DNA of 64,000 bases from Hypanus sabinus (taxonomy: Eukaryota). The stretch covers positions 34,534,001 to 34,598,000 of the forward strand of contig NC_082725.1 of the NCBI RefSeq assembly GCF_030144855.1, written 5' to 3'. Of this stretch, positions 1 through 12,792 are shown piece after piece. Under the pieces are notes generated by a model. That model was given only the letters and a program-made list of their open reading frames with translations, was not told the origin of the DNA and ran no database searches. The position numbers were made by a program, and so were the translations under genes. Positions within the stretch are counted from its first letter, which is position 1. Every line of letters starts with the position of its first letter.

Positions 1-1357
1 GACAAGAAATGAAAGGTGACAAGCAGGAAAGTAGAGGTAAAGTGTCAATCAAACTGACTTCAGTCATAATTAGTGATGAAACAATCACAGAGATCAAATT
101 TCCAGCATCTAGAGAATCTCATGCTTAGACATTTCAAAAGTTAGGATAGCCTATTCCTGCTCATATTTCTACTGCTCTCTACCTCTGCCACCTCGGAGTT
201 ATTTTTGTTCACTTTAAAAAGAATGTGGTCAACAAAATCAACCTTTAAGCACTGAATCATATAAAATACCAGAACTATTTACAATTACTTGACCTACCCC
301 ATGCTGTGACTGAGGCCAGTTAAACATTAACACAACACTTAACAACAATCCAGCCTATATTAATATGATACACTGACTTTGAAGAGTAGAAAAACACTAC
401 AATGGATGCATCCTTCATCCATCAGCAAATTGGGCACTTTGACATACACAAGGACCATCACTATCCCTTTCTTTCTTTTGTTTCATTCTGATCTAGCTTA
501 GTTATAGATACCAATAATTTCTCAGAAGTACTCCACATTAAAAGAAAAGTAAAGGAACAGATTTATGGTGAGACACTTCAACTTCTTGGCAGTTATTCAT
601 TAATGTCATTGAGCGATTCCTGTATCAGAGTGTAGAGAATTCTATCCCGAGTCAAAGCCTACAAACGATACCTCCCAGTATAGATCAATTGATGATTGGT
701 GCCTAAACCAGAAACTTCAATGGTTTTCATTTGTGCCAACACATCAAGACCAATCTGGTATAATCTTTTCTTTATCATCACATTAAAAACAATCAAAATC
801 AAGAAAAAGACTTTTATCTAACAATGTTCTAATCATCTTAAATGCATAATTTGGCAAATATTGGAAAAATCCTTGGAGAGGTCAACCTACAGATAGCAAT
901 AAGCACAAAGGCATTAATAGATAGGTAGAGGAACTTAGGAAGAAAGTAAGGAATGCAAATCTTAAACAGTTAGACACTTTCACATAATGGGCAAAAATAA
1001 AGCGAAAGGAACAAAGAGGATTGCAATGAGAGAATTTTAAACTGATGGTATTGGGTAAACTTGGAATAAACTGCAAGCAAAAACCAGAATAAACTGTTTG
1101 CAGAGCAGAGGTGGAAATGAGAACAATTTCAGTACACTAAAGACCAGAGATTGAAGAATGCAAGGCTGGCTAAACAGTTAAAATCTGTAGCTTATAAAAA
1201 GGCAGCGATAGAAGATTCAGCAATTGTAGAGACAAAAGTTACACAGATTTATCTAGATGACGAATGTGACGGAATGAATATGGGTTTGGAACCTGTCCTG
1301 CAAGGCTCAGAAATGCAAAATCTGCTGTTCAGTTCAACCCAGGTCACTGGACAGGAT

Positions 1358-2384
1358 AAACACAAGAGATCCTGCAGATGCTGGAAATCCAAAGTGAAAT
1401 ACACAAAATACTGGAGGAACTCAGCAGGTCAGACAGCATCTATGAAAACGAATAAACAGTCAATGTTTCTGGCTGATACGCTTCAAAAAGGCCAGAAATG
1501 AAAGGGGAAGGAGCAAGAATAAGGTGTTTTTTTTTTGGGGGGGGGGGGAAGGAAAGCAGGACAACCGAGAAGGTGATAGGTAAAGTAAGGTGGGTGGGAA
1601 AGAGGTATGAAATAAGATGCTGGGAGGTGACATGTGGCAAAGGCGAGCAGCTGGAGAAGAATTCATCTGATAGGAGAGGAGAGTGGATTACAGGAGAAGA
1701 GGCAGGAGGAAACGGGCGGAGGCTACCTAGGCTGAATACGAGGTGTTGTTCCTCCAACCGGAGCATGGCCTCATCACGCTGAAGCCCATGGACCGACATT
1801 TCTGAATAGTAACAGGGGAAATAAAAATGGTTGGCCACTGGGAAGCTTTGCATTTTGTGGATAGAGCTGAGTTGCATAAAAAGAGGTCCCCCAATCTGTA
1901 TCGAGTCCAACCAATTCAGAGGAGGACACACTCGAAGCACTGGATACAGAAGATAGCCCCAACAGATTCTGCCTCACCTGGATGACTGTTTAGGGTCCTG
2001 AATAGAGGTGAGAGAGGAGGTGAATGGGCAGGAGAAGGACTTCTGCCACATGCAGGGATAAAAGCCAATAAGGAGAATAGTGGAAAGGAGCAAATGGACA
2101 AGGAAATCATGGAGGGAGAAATCACTACAGAAGATGGAGGAGGGAGTGTGGGGGCAGGAGGGGTTAGTAAATGTGTGTTTGGTATCGGGTCCCGTTGAAG
2201 ATGGTGGAAGTTGTAGAGAAAGGCGTGTTGCATTTGGAGACTCATGGGGTACTATGTAAGGACAAAAGGAACTCTCTCTGTTAAGGCAGCAGTAAGATAG
2301 GTCTCAGCCCAAAATGTCAACTGTACATTTTCCCATAGATGCTGCCTGGCCTGCTGAGTTCCTCCATCATTTTGGGTCTGTTGC
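1358..2384 (-). mobile_element. Penelope-like element (Neptune-type), 5'-truncated: RT C-terminus/linker plus GIY-YIG endonuclease remnant, 3' terminal repeat at left and inverted terminal repeat at right
   Basis: Minus-strand translations give RVPFVLT*YPMSLQMQHAFLYNFHHLQRDP, ESVGAIFCIQC and FPVANHF...MSVHGLQRDEAMLRLEEQHLVFSLGSL, matching the PLE linker/GIY-YIG pattern. The terminal repeat 'acacaagaga..gctggaggaactcagcagg' at 1358-1490 recurs inverted at ~2300-2384. Confidence 0.88.
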
Positions 2385-2739
2385 CTGCAGATCCACTTTA
2401 ATTTTGTTTGTCCAAAGAATGTTTCCAGTCCTCAGGTACAGGCACCCCCTTTCAGCACTCTGATGACCATTTCCTGCCCCCAAATTTCAAACTGCCAAAG
2501 TCTAACATAAACTCCCAATGAAACCTCTCGCCCCAATCTTTCAACTGAGGTCCAAAATATCTCACTTGTACTCAGACCAGCTACAACCTGAAGAGTAACC
2601 TTAAGCCTTCTGCATTGGCCACTGTGTGGATTTCTATTTCATTTCTGTCATCATAGATCTGTTGGCTCTCTCACTTAATGAAAGCAGCAGCCTTCCACAT
2701 GAACATTCAGTGCTACAGAGAAGGCATTGCCATCTACAT

Positions 2740-2817
2740 CAGGGGTTCCCTACCCCTTATGCTGAGGATCAATACCACTAAGCAAGGCGACCGCGGATCC
2801 CAGTTTGGGAACCCCCA
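2740..2817. mobile_element. Short hAT/Charlie-like MITE (~78 bp)
   Basis: Terminal inverted repeats CAGGGGTTCCC ... GGGAACCCC(ca), typical of hAT MITEs. TSD not clear. Confidence 0.6.
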
Positions 2818-3189
2818 CCTACTTTCAAGATGATAAACATCCTCTCCCTCAGCAATGAGCCATTCAGTACAGGAAAAAAAAACATTTTGCATCTTCACAG
2901 CCTTTCAGACTCTAAATTACAGGAATTCAGCTTCTTTTCAGTAATCAAACGGTTGTTGATTGTTTAGATGGAACAAAATAAAATTAAAATGCCACTCATA
3001 TGATCAGTTTGGTTTTTGCAACAAACATCTGATGGTTTATATTTACTTCTAAAAATATTTGTGATGTTGTAACTGATTATTTAAATATCCAGGCAAGGCA
3101 CTTACCCTTAGAAATTGCATAGAAAAAGTCTATCAGGCAAATAATCAATGTTTCTTCAGAGCATTCCTTTCTCTATTACTCTTTACAGT

Positions 3190-3680
3190 CGCTCTTTATG
3201 AACGGACTGAGTATGTGTGGCTGTGCTCCTCAAATGCAGATGAAAGGTGTTTCCCATATTTGGAGGTTTATGTGATTATAGGACTGTACTTTATATCGGA
3301 TTCCTTCAGTTTTCAGTGTTTTCTTTCCTATAGACGATCGGCCGGTGGATGACCTGTTAATTTTTTTGTGTGTAAGGGTGGTGGTTGTGGGTTTGGTGCT
3401 ACTGTCTTTTCTATGAGTGAAGGGGTTGCGGGTAGTTATAGGTGGGGGGGGGGGGGGTCATTCATTTTTATTGTGGATGTTTTTTCTGTGGACAACGGGT
3501 GTTTTGACGGTCAGTGAGTTTTGTTTCTTTTCTTTTTCATGCTGGTTGGGGCAGAGTTGATGTCTTTTCCTTTATCATTATCCATGGTCTTTCTGTATTT
3601 AATGGGTATCTAGAGTAGACAAACATCAGAGTTGTATCGTATATGCACGGCCTGACAATTAAACAAAACCTCTGAACCTT
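3190..3680 (+). mobile_element. Non-coding retroposon fragment with Rex1/Babar-like 3' tail
   Basis: Ends 'catcagagttgtat...gacaattaaa..ctctgaacct', resembling the tail of the Rex1-like LINE at 9590-9651. GT-rich body, no ORF. 5' boundary approximate. Confidence 0.5.
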
Positions 3681-3791
3681 TTTTTATTATTCAACTGCAG
3701 CATTAATCAATTTATTTTAAAAGAATACAAGAATGAAATGAAATAACATTATGTAACAGCAGACAGCATATTAACCTTGTGTATGGTAACA

Positions 3792-4180
3792 TCTGGGGTA
3801 GCGAATTGGCGATACGTCTCTACCAAAGGAGGTGTAAGGTGCTCCTTCCCTCTACTGGCCTGCAGTCACCCTTGGGCAAGGTGTAGCACCTGCTTAGCTC
3901 CACCCTCACCTGAGCAGGGTCACGTGAAGCCATGGGTGCAGGTGGTGGATGGTCGTATGAGCAGCTGGTGCATATCACAAGTCCAGGTTATGCAAGCACT
4001 GAAGTCAGGCAGATAATCTCTAAAGAACATTGATGATGGCTGGGGTCACCTGCCTTGTAAAGACACTGCCTAGAAGGCAGCAATGGCAAACCACTATTGT
4101 AGAAAAATTTGCCAAGAATAACCACGATCATTGAAAGACCATGATCAGCAACATCATGACATGGCACATATTGACGGAAC
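3792..4180 (+). mobile_element. RTE-related SINE/non-autonomous element
   Basis: 3' part 'gaaggcagcaatggcaaaccact..aaatttgccaagaataacc' resembles the RTE/BovB-type 3' tail (GAAGGAAATGGCAACCCACTCC..TTGCC). GC-richer than its flanks. Confidence 0.6.
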
Positions 4181-7100
4181 ATTATAAAATTGTATAGCAT
4201 TTATAAAGTCTAATTTTCTTGCAAAATACAAACTTTATGACTGAATTTAACTTCATACAAAGGTTAAAATTGAAAGATTAAAACAATACAAGCCATTTCA
4301 TTCCAGCAAGACAACCAATATTTCTCAAGAATTACCATCACCTCAATAATGATACACTTTTCACCTACAGGCCTCTCTGCATGGGTGGGGTGATGATGAG
4401 TTAAAGGAATGTGTTGGGGTGGGAATTCTGTTAGGTATTCATGAAATGAAGCAACTTACAGAGTTCGTAATTTTTTAAAAAGTGAAATAGAAGTATACAG
4501 CAAATTTGCTGTTCTTGCCTAGAGCTGATTCAGCTTCGAATTCTTAAAAAGAACGGCTCTGTGATGCCATTGGCTTCTACCAGGGGCAGGGGTGGACATA
4601 TTTTGCTAAGAATGAATCAGAGGACCTTTCATTCAAAAGTGTTGGGAAACACTACCTTTTACAGATAAAACTGATTTTATTTTAAAAATAATGATTACAC
4701 AATGATTCATAATCACACTTGTTGGCACATTAATGCAAGCACTACAAATAATTAGGAGTGCTGGCAAAACTTTATATATGGTGCATGTTTGCTTTTAGAA
4801 TTGTTATAACTATTGTGCTCAGTCGCATAAGTATAATGGATACGGACATCCACAAATGCAAAGTATGTCTACAATGTTACACGGGTTCAATAACCTTGGT
4901 TCCTCCAACACTCAGCATCAGCTGCCCGCGAATTCCACAATGAAAAAAATTCCAGAGGAATATAGATTTGTATGTTTAATCAATAACTTACTACTAGTAA
5001 TTATATTTTGTCAGGAATGTTGAGTTTAAAGCTTAAACCCACACAAACTTTGCTCTCCTGAAATTACTGGCAGTGTCAAATGTCATATAATAAAAATGAT
5101 GCTGTTTATATGATTCCAAGGAGCAGTGGGTGAACAAAGAGTTTTTAAAACAATCAAGTCTGTGCTGGGTTTCAAATCACAGAACTGAATGTCCTTGAAG
5201 TTATCATGAGTGGACTGTCAGAGACAGATAAGAAACAAGCTCAAAGCCTATTTCTATTTTTACGACTTTAGGTTATGTTATTTAGAATAAATTGTACGCA
5301 TGACATTACACCAATGATTCACTGCTGTGCTCGGCTGCAGAAGCACTCAAGCCCAAGCTAACTTATAGTTTAAAAGGAAGCTGTACTACCACTTCATCAG
5401 GGACAGCAATGCAGGCATTAAATTTTATGACCAATATTCCAAAGGAAAATAGCAGCAGCGTACATGAACCAATACAACAGGAAACAGGCCAAATACTAGA
5501 GACAGGGAACATTATTATCCTGTGCCATATTTCTTTGCACGTCAAGGGTATGATTACACAGGTTTCCTTCCAAAATTGATTGGATGGAGTGCCAATGATA
5601 GATTCTGTAAATGCAAAGCAAGGAGGATTAATAGGTGGTGTATTGGGAATACAGACACAACTTAAAGACCACTGTTTATACAAATATTATAGCTATCACT
5701 CAATCGCAGGAGTGGTTTCACAGTAGCAAATCATTTGCTTTTCCATTATTTGAAATAATGTTACAACACACAGTCTTCACTACTGGGTGTTAAACCCACA
5801 CCTACACATGACCAATTCTGCAATCAAAAAAATGAGTTGCTTGTTTTAATATTTACCCACAGATTTAGCAAAGAATTAGTGTGGGAGAAGCTTAACAAAG
5901 AAACCTATTAAGCAGTGCTTAGCTTCAACTGCTGAAATATATTGAAGATAATGCTGTCTAACATAAACTCAGCAATCAGTATGCACACAACAATAACAAA
6001 CAAGGCATTCACATTTTTTTTAATCTTTCATTTGATATTGATCCCAGAGAAGTTAAACTAAGGCCAAGCCACAAAGAGGTTTCCACACTACTGTACTTGA
6101 TCACAATGAACTTGCTGCCATTGTTTGGGCAACCAGCTACAACAACACTGTTACTACTCCCATTTCACAATTCACAACCCAATCCCATTCTTGCATTCCA
6201 CTTTTTCTGCATCATCTTCCTTATTCTAAATTTATTTATTTTATTGTTGGCTAATCCTTCCTCCACGTACTTCCAAACCTCTAAAATTGTAACTCACTGA
6301 CTTTATTTGCTTTAAAGTTTCAGCAGCTAATGATCCACTCAACCACATTCTTACCTTAATTTGCTTCTTAGAGCAACTATTTTTCAGTCCTGCCTTGCTG
6401 CTTCCATTCATATGCAAAGTTCTCACTTTCGCTTCCTCAGGTCCAAGTAACAGAAATGAACAGCTACGGTGGATGCCCATTTGAAAACCAAGGTCTCATG
6501 TCTTGAAAGTAAACTATTACCAAGACTGCTCACAGTTCCAAGACTAGAGTACAAAAATATCATGCACCTCATTCCTCTACCCCTTGCTCATCCCTCCCAT
6601 GAAAGAGTTACAGATACTCAGATCCTCCTAGCCAAACACGCATTATCATCTCTCTCTACAGAAAATTCATAAAAATTACTTAAACATCCACGTTATTTTT
6701 TCTCATCTCTACAATTGCACTGATATTAGTTTGAAATACTCCGCCAGGGGTCACCAGTCATGATTTAGTCTAGTACATTTAGGTTTCTATCAGTTTTGCT
6801 AAACTGATGTTAAACAACTCTACTTAGTTGTGTGCACAACAAGGCAACATCAAGTGTCCAGTGCAACTTGGCAAGTCTGAAGGAAGTGGCAAAATTCCTA
6901 CAAGGAAATGAATCAGAAGTAGTATTCAGAATATAACCAAGGTGTTATTTATGATATATGACAGTACAATGCACAACTTGTTAGGAAGTGGGAGTCAATA
7001 TTCGCAAACAAATTTAATCAAATTTGAACTCTTGAGATTTGCTAACGTTAGCTCTGTTGGCATGCTCCTGCTTACTAGTTATTATGCAAAAACAAAAATC

Positions 7101-7621
7101 TGTAAAGCTTGTGCTTAGTGACCATAACTCAGAATATCTTGTATACCTGTATGCAGGGGGAAAGAAAGTGACAGGCAATGTATTCCCAGGGTGAGTCTCT
7201 CAGGCTGATTACTGATTGCCAAAAGGAATTATGCAAATGTATTGCAGTGGTAAGACAGGGCAGGAGTGCCAGAGAATCTATTTTATTCACTATTTATTTG
7301 CTTTCAGATCAGTTAGATTTTGATTAGAACATCAGATATTAGAGGAAAAAATACCACTAACTCCATTCCACTGGAAAGTCCATGTGGTTAGATAAAGAAC
7401 TGCCTTGATTAACGGCCATCAAAAGTTAAGCAACTTGCCACGTTTGCAAAATGAAAATTCTTGGGTTGACCTTCTCTTTCTCTTCAGGAATTCCACTCCT
7501 GTTTACAGTTCTTTGCAACGGCTCTGACCCAAATTTCACAAGCCTTCACTTTCTCCCATCGCATTCCACAGTAATCCAACAACCAGATAATTTTCCAAAA
7601 ATACCACAACAACCTTGTTTT

Positions 7622-9651
7622 CATCTGAATGACTACACCAGGGTTGTAACAGGTTTATTAAAACATTGGTATATGAGTGTGCCCCCACAAAATCATTCAG
7701 TGTTCACTTCAATCAGAAACTCTGGATGAACCATGAAATCCAGAATTTGTTGTAGGTCAAACAAAACTGAAATCTGAAATCTGGATTGAAATCTGGAGAT
7801 CAAGAATGCTACAAGAGGTGCAAGTATGATCTCCAGAAAGCCATCTCACAGGTGATTCCAGACCTGTTTGGAATCAATGAGGAATGCTCATGGGAGGGTT
7901 TGAATGCTATAACCTCCTACAAAATTAAATCTAGTGACTTGGGAGACATCAGAGATTTGCTTCCAGACAAGCTCAATGCCTTCTATGCTTGTTTTGATCA
8001 TCAGAATATTAACGATTTATTGTGAACCCCCACATCTCCCAATGATCCTTTATCTCAGTATCTGAAGCTGACATGCAGGCTGCCTTCAGGAGGGTGGACC
8101 CAAGGAAGTCTGGACAGGGGATCTGGCCATGTGCTAAAGACCTTTGGTGATCAACTGGCTGGTGTGTTCACTGACATCTTTAACCTTTCGCTTTGGTAAA
8201 GTGTGATACACATCTGTTTCAAGCAGGCCGCAATCACACTGGTGCTCTGGAAGAGCCTCAATGACCCTCACCCAGATGCACTTACATCCACAGTGAAGAA
8301 GTGGTTTCAGAGGTTAGTGTTGAAACATATCAGAATCTGTCTGAGTGGTGACTTGGATCCATTCCAATTTGCCCACCAAAACAAAAGGCTCACAGCAGAT
8401 GCCATCTCATTGGCTCGTCACACAACCCTGTAACATCTGGACAGAAAAATGCATACATCTGCATGCTCTTTATTGATTGCAGCTCAGCATTTAATACAAT
8501 CATCCCCTCAAAACTAGTCAGTAAACTCTAAGCCTGGGTCTCAATACCCACTTTTGCAATTGGATCCTCAATTTCCTTACTTGCAAAGCCCAGTCAGTTC
8601 AGATTGGCAAAACATTTCCTTCACAATCTCCATCTGCACAGATGCACCACAGGGACGTGTGCATTCGACCCCTCTTCTATTTGCTTTACACCTATGACTG
8701 TGAGGCTAAGCAGAGCTCCAACGCATATTCCAATTCACTGATGACACCACTGTTGTGGACCATGTCAAGAGTGGTGATGAATCAGCTGAGAAGAGGGAGA
8801 TTGAGGATATGACCGAATGGTGTCATAACAACAGCCTCTCACTCATTGTCAGCAAGACCAAGGAACTGAATGTAGACTTCAGGAGAGGGAAACCAGAGGT
8901 CCATGAGGTGTAATCCTCAGAGGATCAGAGGTGAAAAGGGTCAGTAACTTTAAATTCCTGGGTGCCACCATCTCAGTGGATCTGTCCTGGATCAATCATA
9001 TAACTGTAATTGCAAAGAAAGTACGACAACCCCTCTACTTCTTTCAGGGTCTGTGGAGATTCAGAACGTCAAAAACCTTGACAAACATCTATAGATATGT
9101 GGTGGAAAGTGTATTAACTGGCTGCATTATGGCCTGGTATGGAAACATCAATGCCTTTGAGCAGAAAATTATACAAAAGTAGTGGAGTTGGCCCAGTTCA
9201 TCATGGGTAAAGCCCAACCAACCATTGAGCACACCTACATAAAACATTGCAGCAGAAAAGCAGCATCCAGAGCTCCTCACCAGCCAGGCCATGCCCTTTT
9301 CCTGCTGCTGCCATCAGGCAAAGGTACAAGTGCCTCAGGATTCTCACCACCAGGCTCAAGAACAGTTACTACCCTTCAACCACCAGGCTCTTGAAAAGAG
9401 GATGACTATGTGCATTATATTTCTGGTGTTCCCACAACCAATGATCTTACTTCAAGGACTCTTTAGTTTGTTATTTCCTGCTCTCATTATTTATTGCTAT
9501 TTACTTATTTCTGCATTTGCAGTTTGTTGTTCACTGATCCTGTTTACAGTTACTCTTCTACCAATTGGCTAAGTATACCCACAGGAAAAATAAGCTCAGG
9601 GTTGTATGTGGTGACCTGTATGTACTCTGATTATAAAATTTTGACCTTTGA
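7622..9651 (+). mobile_element. Rex1/Babar-clade LINE, 5'-truncated, decayed RT ORF
   Basis: Fragments LNDYTRVVT, GLNAITSYK, LPDKLNAFYACFD, ALTSTVKKWFQRLVLKHI, LDPFQFAH..TADAISLA, FKFLG..DLSW, HQPGHALFLLLPSG, with many stops and frameshifts. 3' tail 'ctcagggttgtat...tttgacctttga'. Confidence 0.9.
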
Positions 9652-9734
9652 TCTTTTCTGAGATAAATATACACATTGTATCTATTCTTATTGCATTTTC
9701 TCTACAGTTTAAAAATAACATGTTTTGTCACTAA

Positions 9735-9840
9735 ACCAGTTCTGCTGAGATGTATGACCTGTGATATTAATTTTATTTCTCTTGTTACAGACACTATTTG
9801 ACCTGCTAAGTTTTCCCAGTATTCTTTTGGTTGCTATTGC
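9735..9840 (+). mobile_element. Old Penelope-like terminal repeat remnant
   Basis: 'acagacactatttgacctgctaagttttcccagtattctttt' is a degenerate match to the PLE terminal repeat seen elsewhere in the window. Confidence 0.4.
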
Positions 9841-11439
9841 GGTTTGAATTTGAGGTATGATTACAGAATATAATCCAGTCAAATATTATCATATTTAGGT
9901 AAAGACAAATCAAAACCAAGGTTCTTGGCAACAGATACATCCACAAGTTCTTGCGCTGGGAAAAGTTACTACTACCTCCTCTTAGTTTGTTTTCATTCTA
10001 ATAGATCAGATTTTCCCAAGCTTGTGATTCACAAACTTGGAAAACAAATTATTAATGACTGTTTTGATATAAATAATACTCAAGAGGTAATATTTCCAGT
10101 TCCTTGAAGAGTTGAAGTCCATCTGCTGGGAAAGTGACAAAGGCAACTTCTGTCATGATGTATCCTACTGTTATATTTCTTGCATAAGATAATGTCAGAA
10201 TGTGAATAAGAAGATTGTGACTTGGAAAACTTACATATTTCACAATTTATTATAGAATGACAGCATACAAAAAATCGGGATATGGGCAACATTTAAAGCA
10301 TACTTTCAAGATACCATTTATGTAGATTACAAATCAGTGTCTAAAAACTTTTTTTATGATAAAGATGGTGGTTGCTGTGAATTGACAAAGGTCATCAACA
10401 GATTTCTTGATCTGTGACTCCAGTACTGTTGCTGGTTTCTAAACTCAGTGAGGTGGGGAAGGTGGGTGCAGGAAGTAAGGAAGGCATAACCAGGTAACCC
10501 AGGTATTGGTTATTCTTCCCTTTCTTCTATCCCACGAATGGATCAGTATACAACTGCCAACATGATTATCCATCTTACAGAGGTAATGTGGGTGAAATGC
10601 ACTTCTTGGGTTTTAACAGGATTGAACTACAATTACTTCTTTAGCAAGAATACCCAAATTTCATGAATTCTTTTTAAGTGCAAATCACAAGATCAATTAA
10701 AGGAACAAATTATGGACATTACTGAATTTTGATTAGTCTTTTTCAAGGACAATTTCTGAAACCTGCTTTACACAACCAGACATGTTCTTTGCTCAGCAAA
10801 ATCCAAAGTGGAAAGGAACGTGCAGCAATGCTAATCAAAAGGACCACAGAGAAAAGCACCAAAAGAGGACCTCAGCACTGTAATACTGATACTTCCTTTG
10901 CAGGCCAAGATTAATGGGTCAATTACAGCTAATTCCCTGTACGCCTTTGTGCATAAAGCCTTTAGCAGACATGCAAGTTTAAATTACTTGACTTCTGTTC
11001 AGAACTTTTCCAATAGCTCGACAAATTTCTGAATACATTAGAAACAGCTGACAATAGCCTAGAATATAAGTGTATAATCAAAAAATCTTTCTTTCACCCC
11101 CCCCCCCCAAAATCGGCAGCAAATCTTCTGCAATTCGCGGGACAGAGGGACAGAAGAGGGTGAAAAATCCACTGAGACAGAGTTGAAGGCAAGGAAAGGG
11201 AGCATTAGGAGACCTAGGGAGGGAGGACTGAATTATGGGAAAGGTGAGTTGGTCATTAGAGAAATTACAAGGTAAACATGCTGTAGAACAGCTGTGGAAG
11301 TAAGCCAGCACTTTCATTTTCCTGTGTTGACTGGGTCTTTCTTTGTAAAACAGTAAACAAAGATGGCAACTAAATCTATTTTTCCCATCATTCTCAGCAT
11401 GGCCATATCGACAAAAATAGTAGCAGGAAGAAAGGGAGA

Positions 11440-11596
11440 GAGATAGGAGGGTGGGTGAGAGGAAGGGAGATGTGAGGGCAAAGGAGGGAGAGGGAAAGAC
11501 AGATGTGAGGGCAAGGGAAGCAGAGGGGGCCATAGTGACAGATGTGAGGGCAAAGGGAGGAGGGGAGCAAGAGGGAGAGACAGATGCAAGGGTGAG
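11440..11596 (+). repeat. GA-rich degenerate minisatellite, core (AC)AGATGTGAGGGCAA x3 plus one diverged copy
   Basis: Core seen at ~11468, 11499 and 11538, and diverged at ~11580. Confidence 0.75.
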
Positions 11597-12792
11597 GGCC
11601 CTCGTTTCTTCTTGACCCACTTAGAAAATGACACCTTGTACACCAGGTTGTTGTTCATTGACTTCACTTGGCCACTTTGCCAACACATTGTCCCTCAGTG
11701 GCTGGTGGGCAAACTGCCCATAATGGGACACAACACCCGTCTCTGTAACTGCATCTTTGAGTTCTTGATGAAAAGATCTTAGCCATCCCTAGTTGGCAAC
11801 AACATCTCAAGCTCCATCATGAAGAGCAGTATTGTCCCCCACAAACGCCCAGGATTGTGTGCCAGCCCACGGCTGTTCACCCTGTGCCATCTCATGACTA
11901 CACTGCAGATCCACATCAAACCCCAGCATCAAGTTCACTGATTTTATAGCAGTGATTGGCCTCATCAGCAACGATGAGTTGGCTTACAGACAGGAGGTCA
12001 CATGGTGTAAGACCAACAACCCGAGTCTCAATGTGGACAAGATGACAAAAGAGTGATTGTAGACCTCAGGAAGGCACAATTTAACCACCCTCTGTTGCAC
12101 ATCAATTGCTCTCTCATGTTGGGAATGAAGAGCACAAAGTTCCTTGGCATGCACAAAATCTAACCTGGACTCACAATACCTCATCAGTAAAGAAAACAAA
12201 ACAGCACCTATACCTCGATCAGACTGACAGGAAAGGCTCCCTGTCCCTATTATAACGACTTTCTATAAGAGGACCATTGAGAGTGCCCTGTCTGCTGCAT
12301 CATCAAATGGTACAGAAGCTACAAGGCATCAGACTGCAAGACTCTAAAGAGGGTAGTAAAACTGGAGGGGATGACTGGGGTCCCCCCCCCCCATTATTCC
12401 ATTATTTGCGACATTTACCAAGGATGTTGTCCACGAAGGGTCCAAAGCATTGTTGAGGATCCCTACCACTCATCCCACAATCTTTTTGGCCGACCACCAT
12501 CAGGAAAGAGGTAAGTGAGCATCAGGACTAGAGCAATCATACTGGAAAACAGCTCCTTCCCATAGTCTGAGAGACTAATGAATACCCTGCCCGCACTGAG
12601 GTCTTATTGCTGGGGCAGCCAGCTGCTTACCTGCTCTACACACTATATGTACTTTGAATTACATTTTATTAACTCTGTGGTAATATTTTGTTTTATGTGT
12701 TGTGTGTGATACAAGTTTTCTGTAGGCACCATGGTCTGGAAATTTCAATTGTTTATTTATATGTACAGTCAGACGATAATAAATTTGAACTT
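11597..12792 (+). mobile_element. Rex1/Babar-clade LINE 3' fragment (decayed)
   Basis: HLENDTLYTRLLFIDF, WCKTNNPSLNVDKMTK, KFLG and DPYHSSHNLFGRPPSGKR motifs. Tail 'gataataaatttgaactt'. Confidence 0.85.

Noticed and set aside
5363-5683. 106-aa minus-strand ORF with a possible acceptor (tttacag) at ~5605
   Set aside because: No recognisable protein, the other frames are closed and there is no convincing donor.
11078-11688. 180-aa and 124-aa minus-strand ORFs with ALTS/PLPSHL repeats
   Set aside because: Read-through of a low-complexity GA-rich minisatellite plus antisense LINE.
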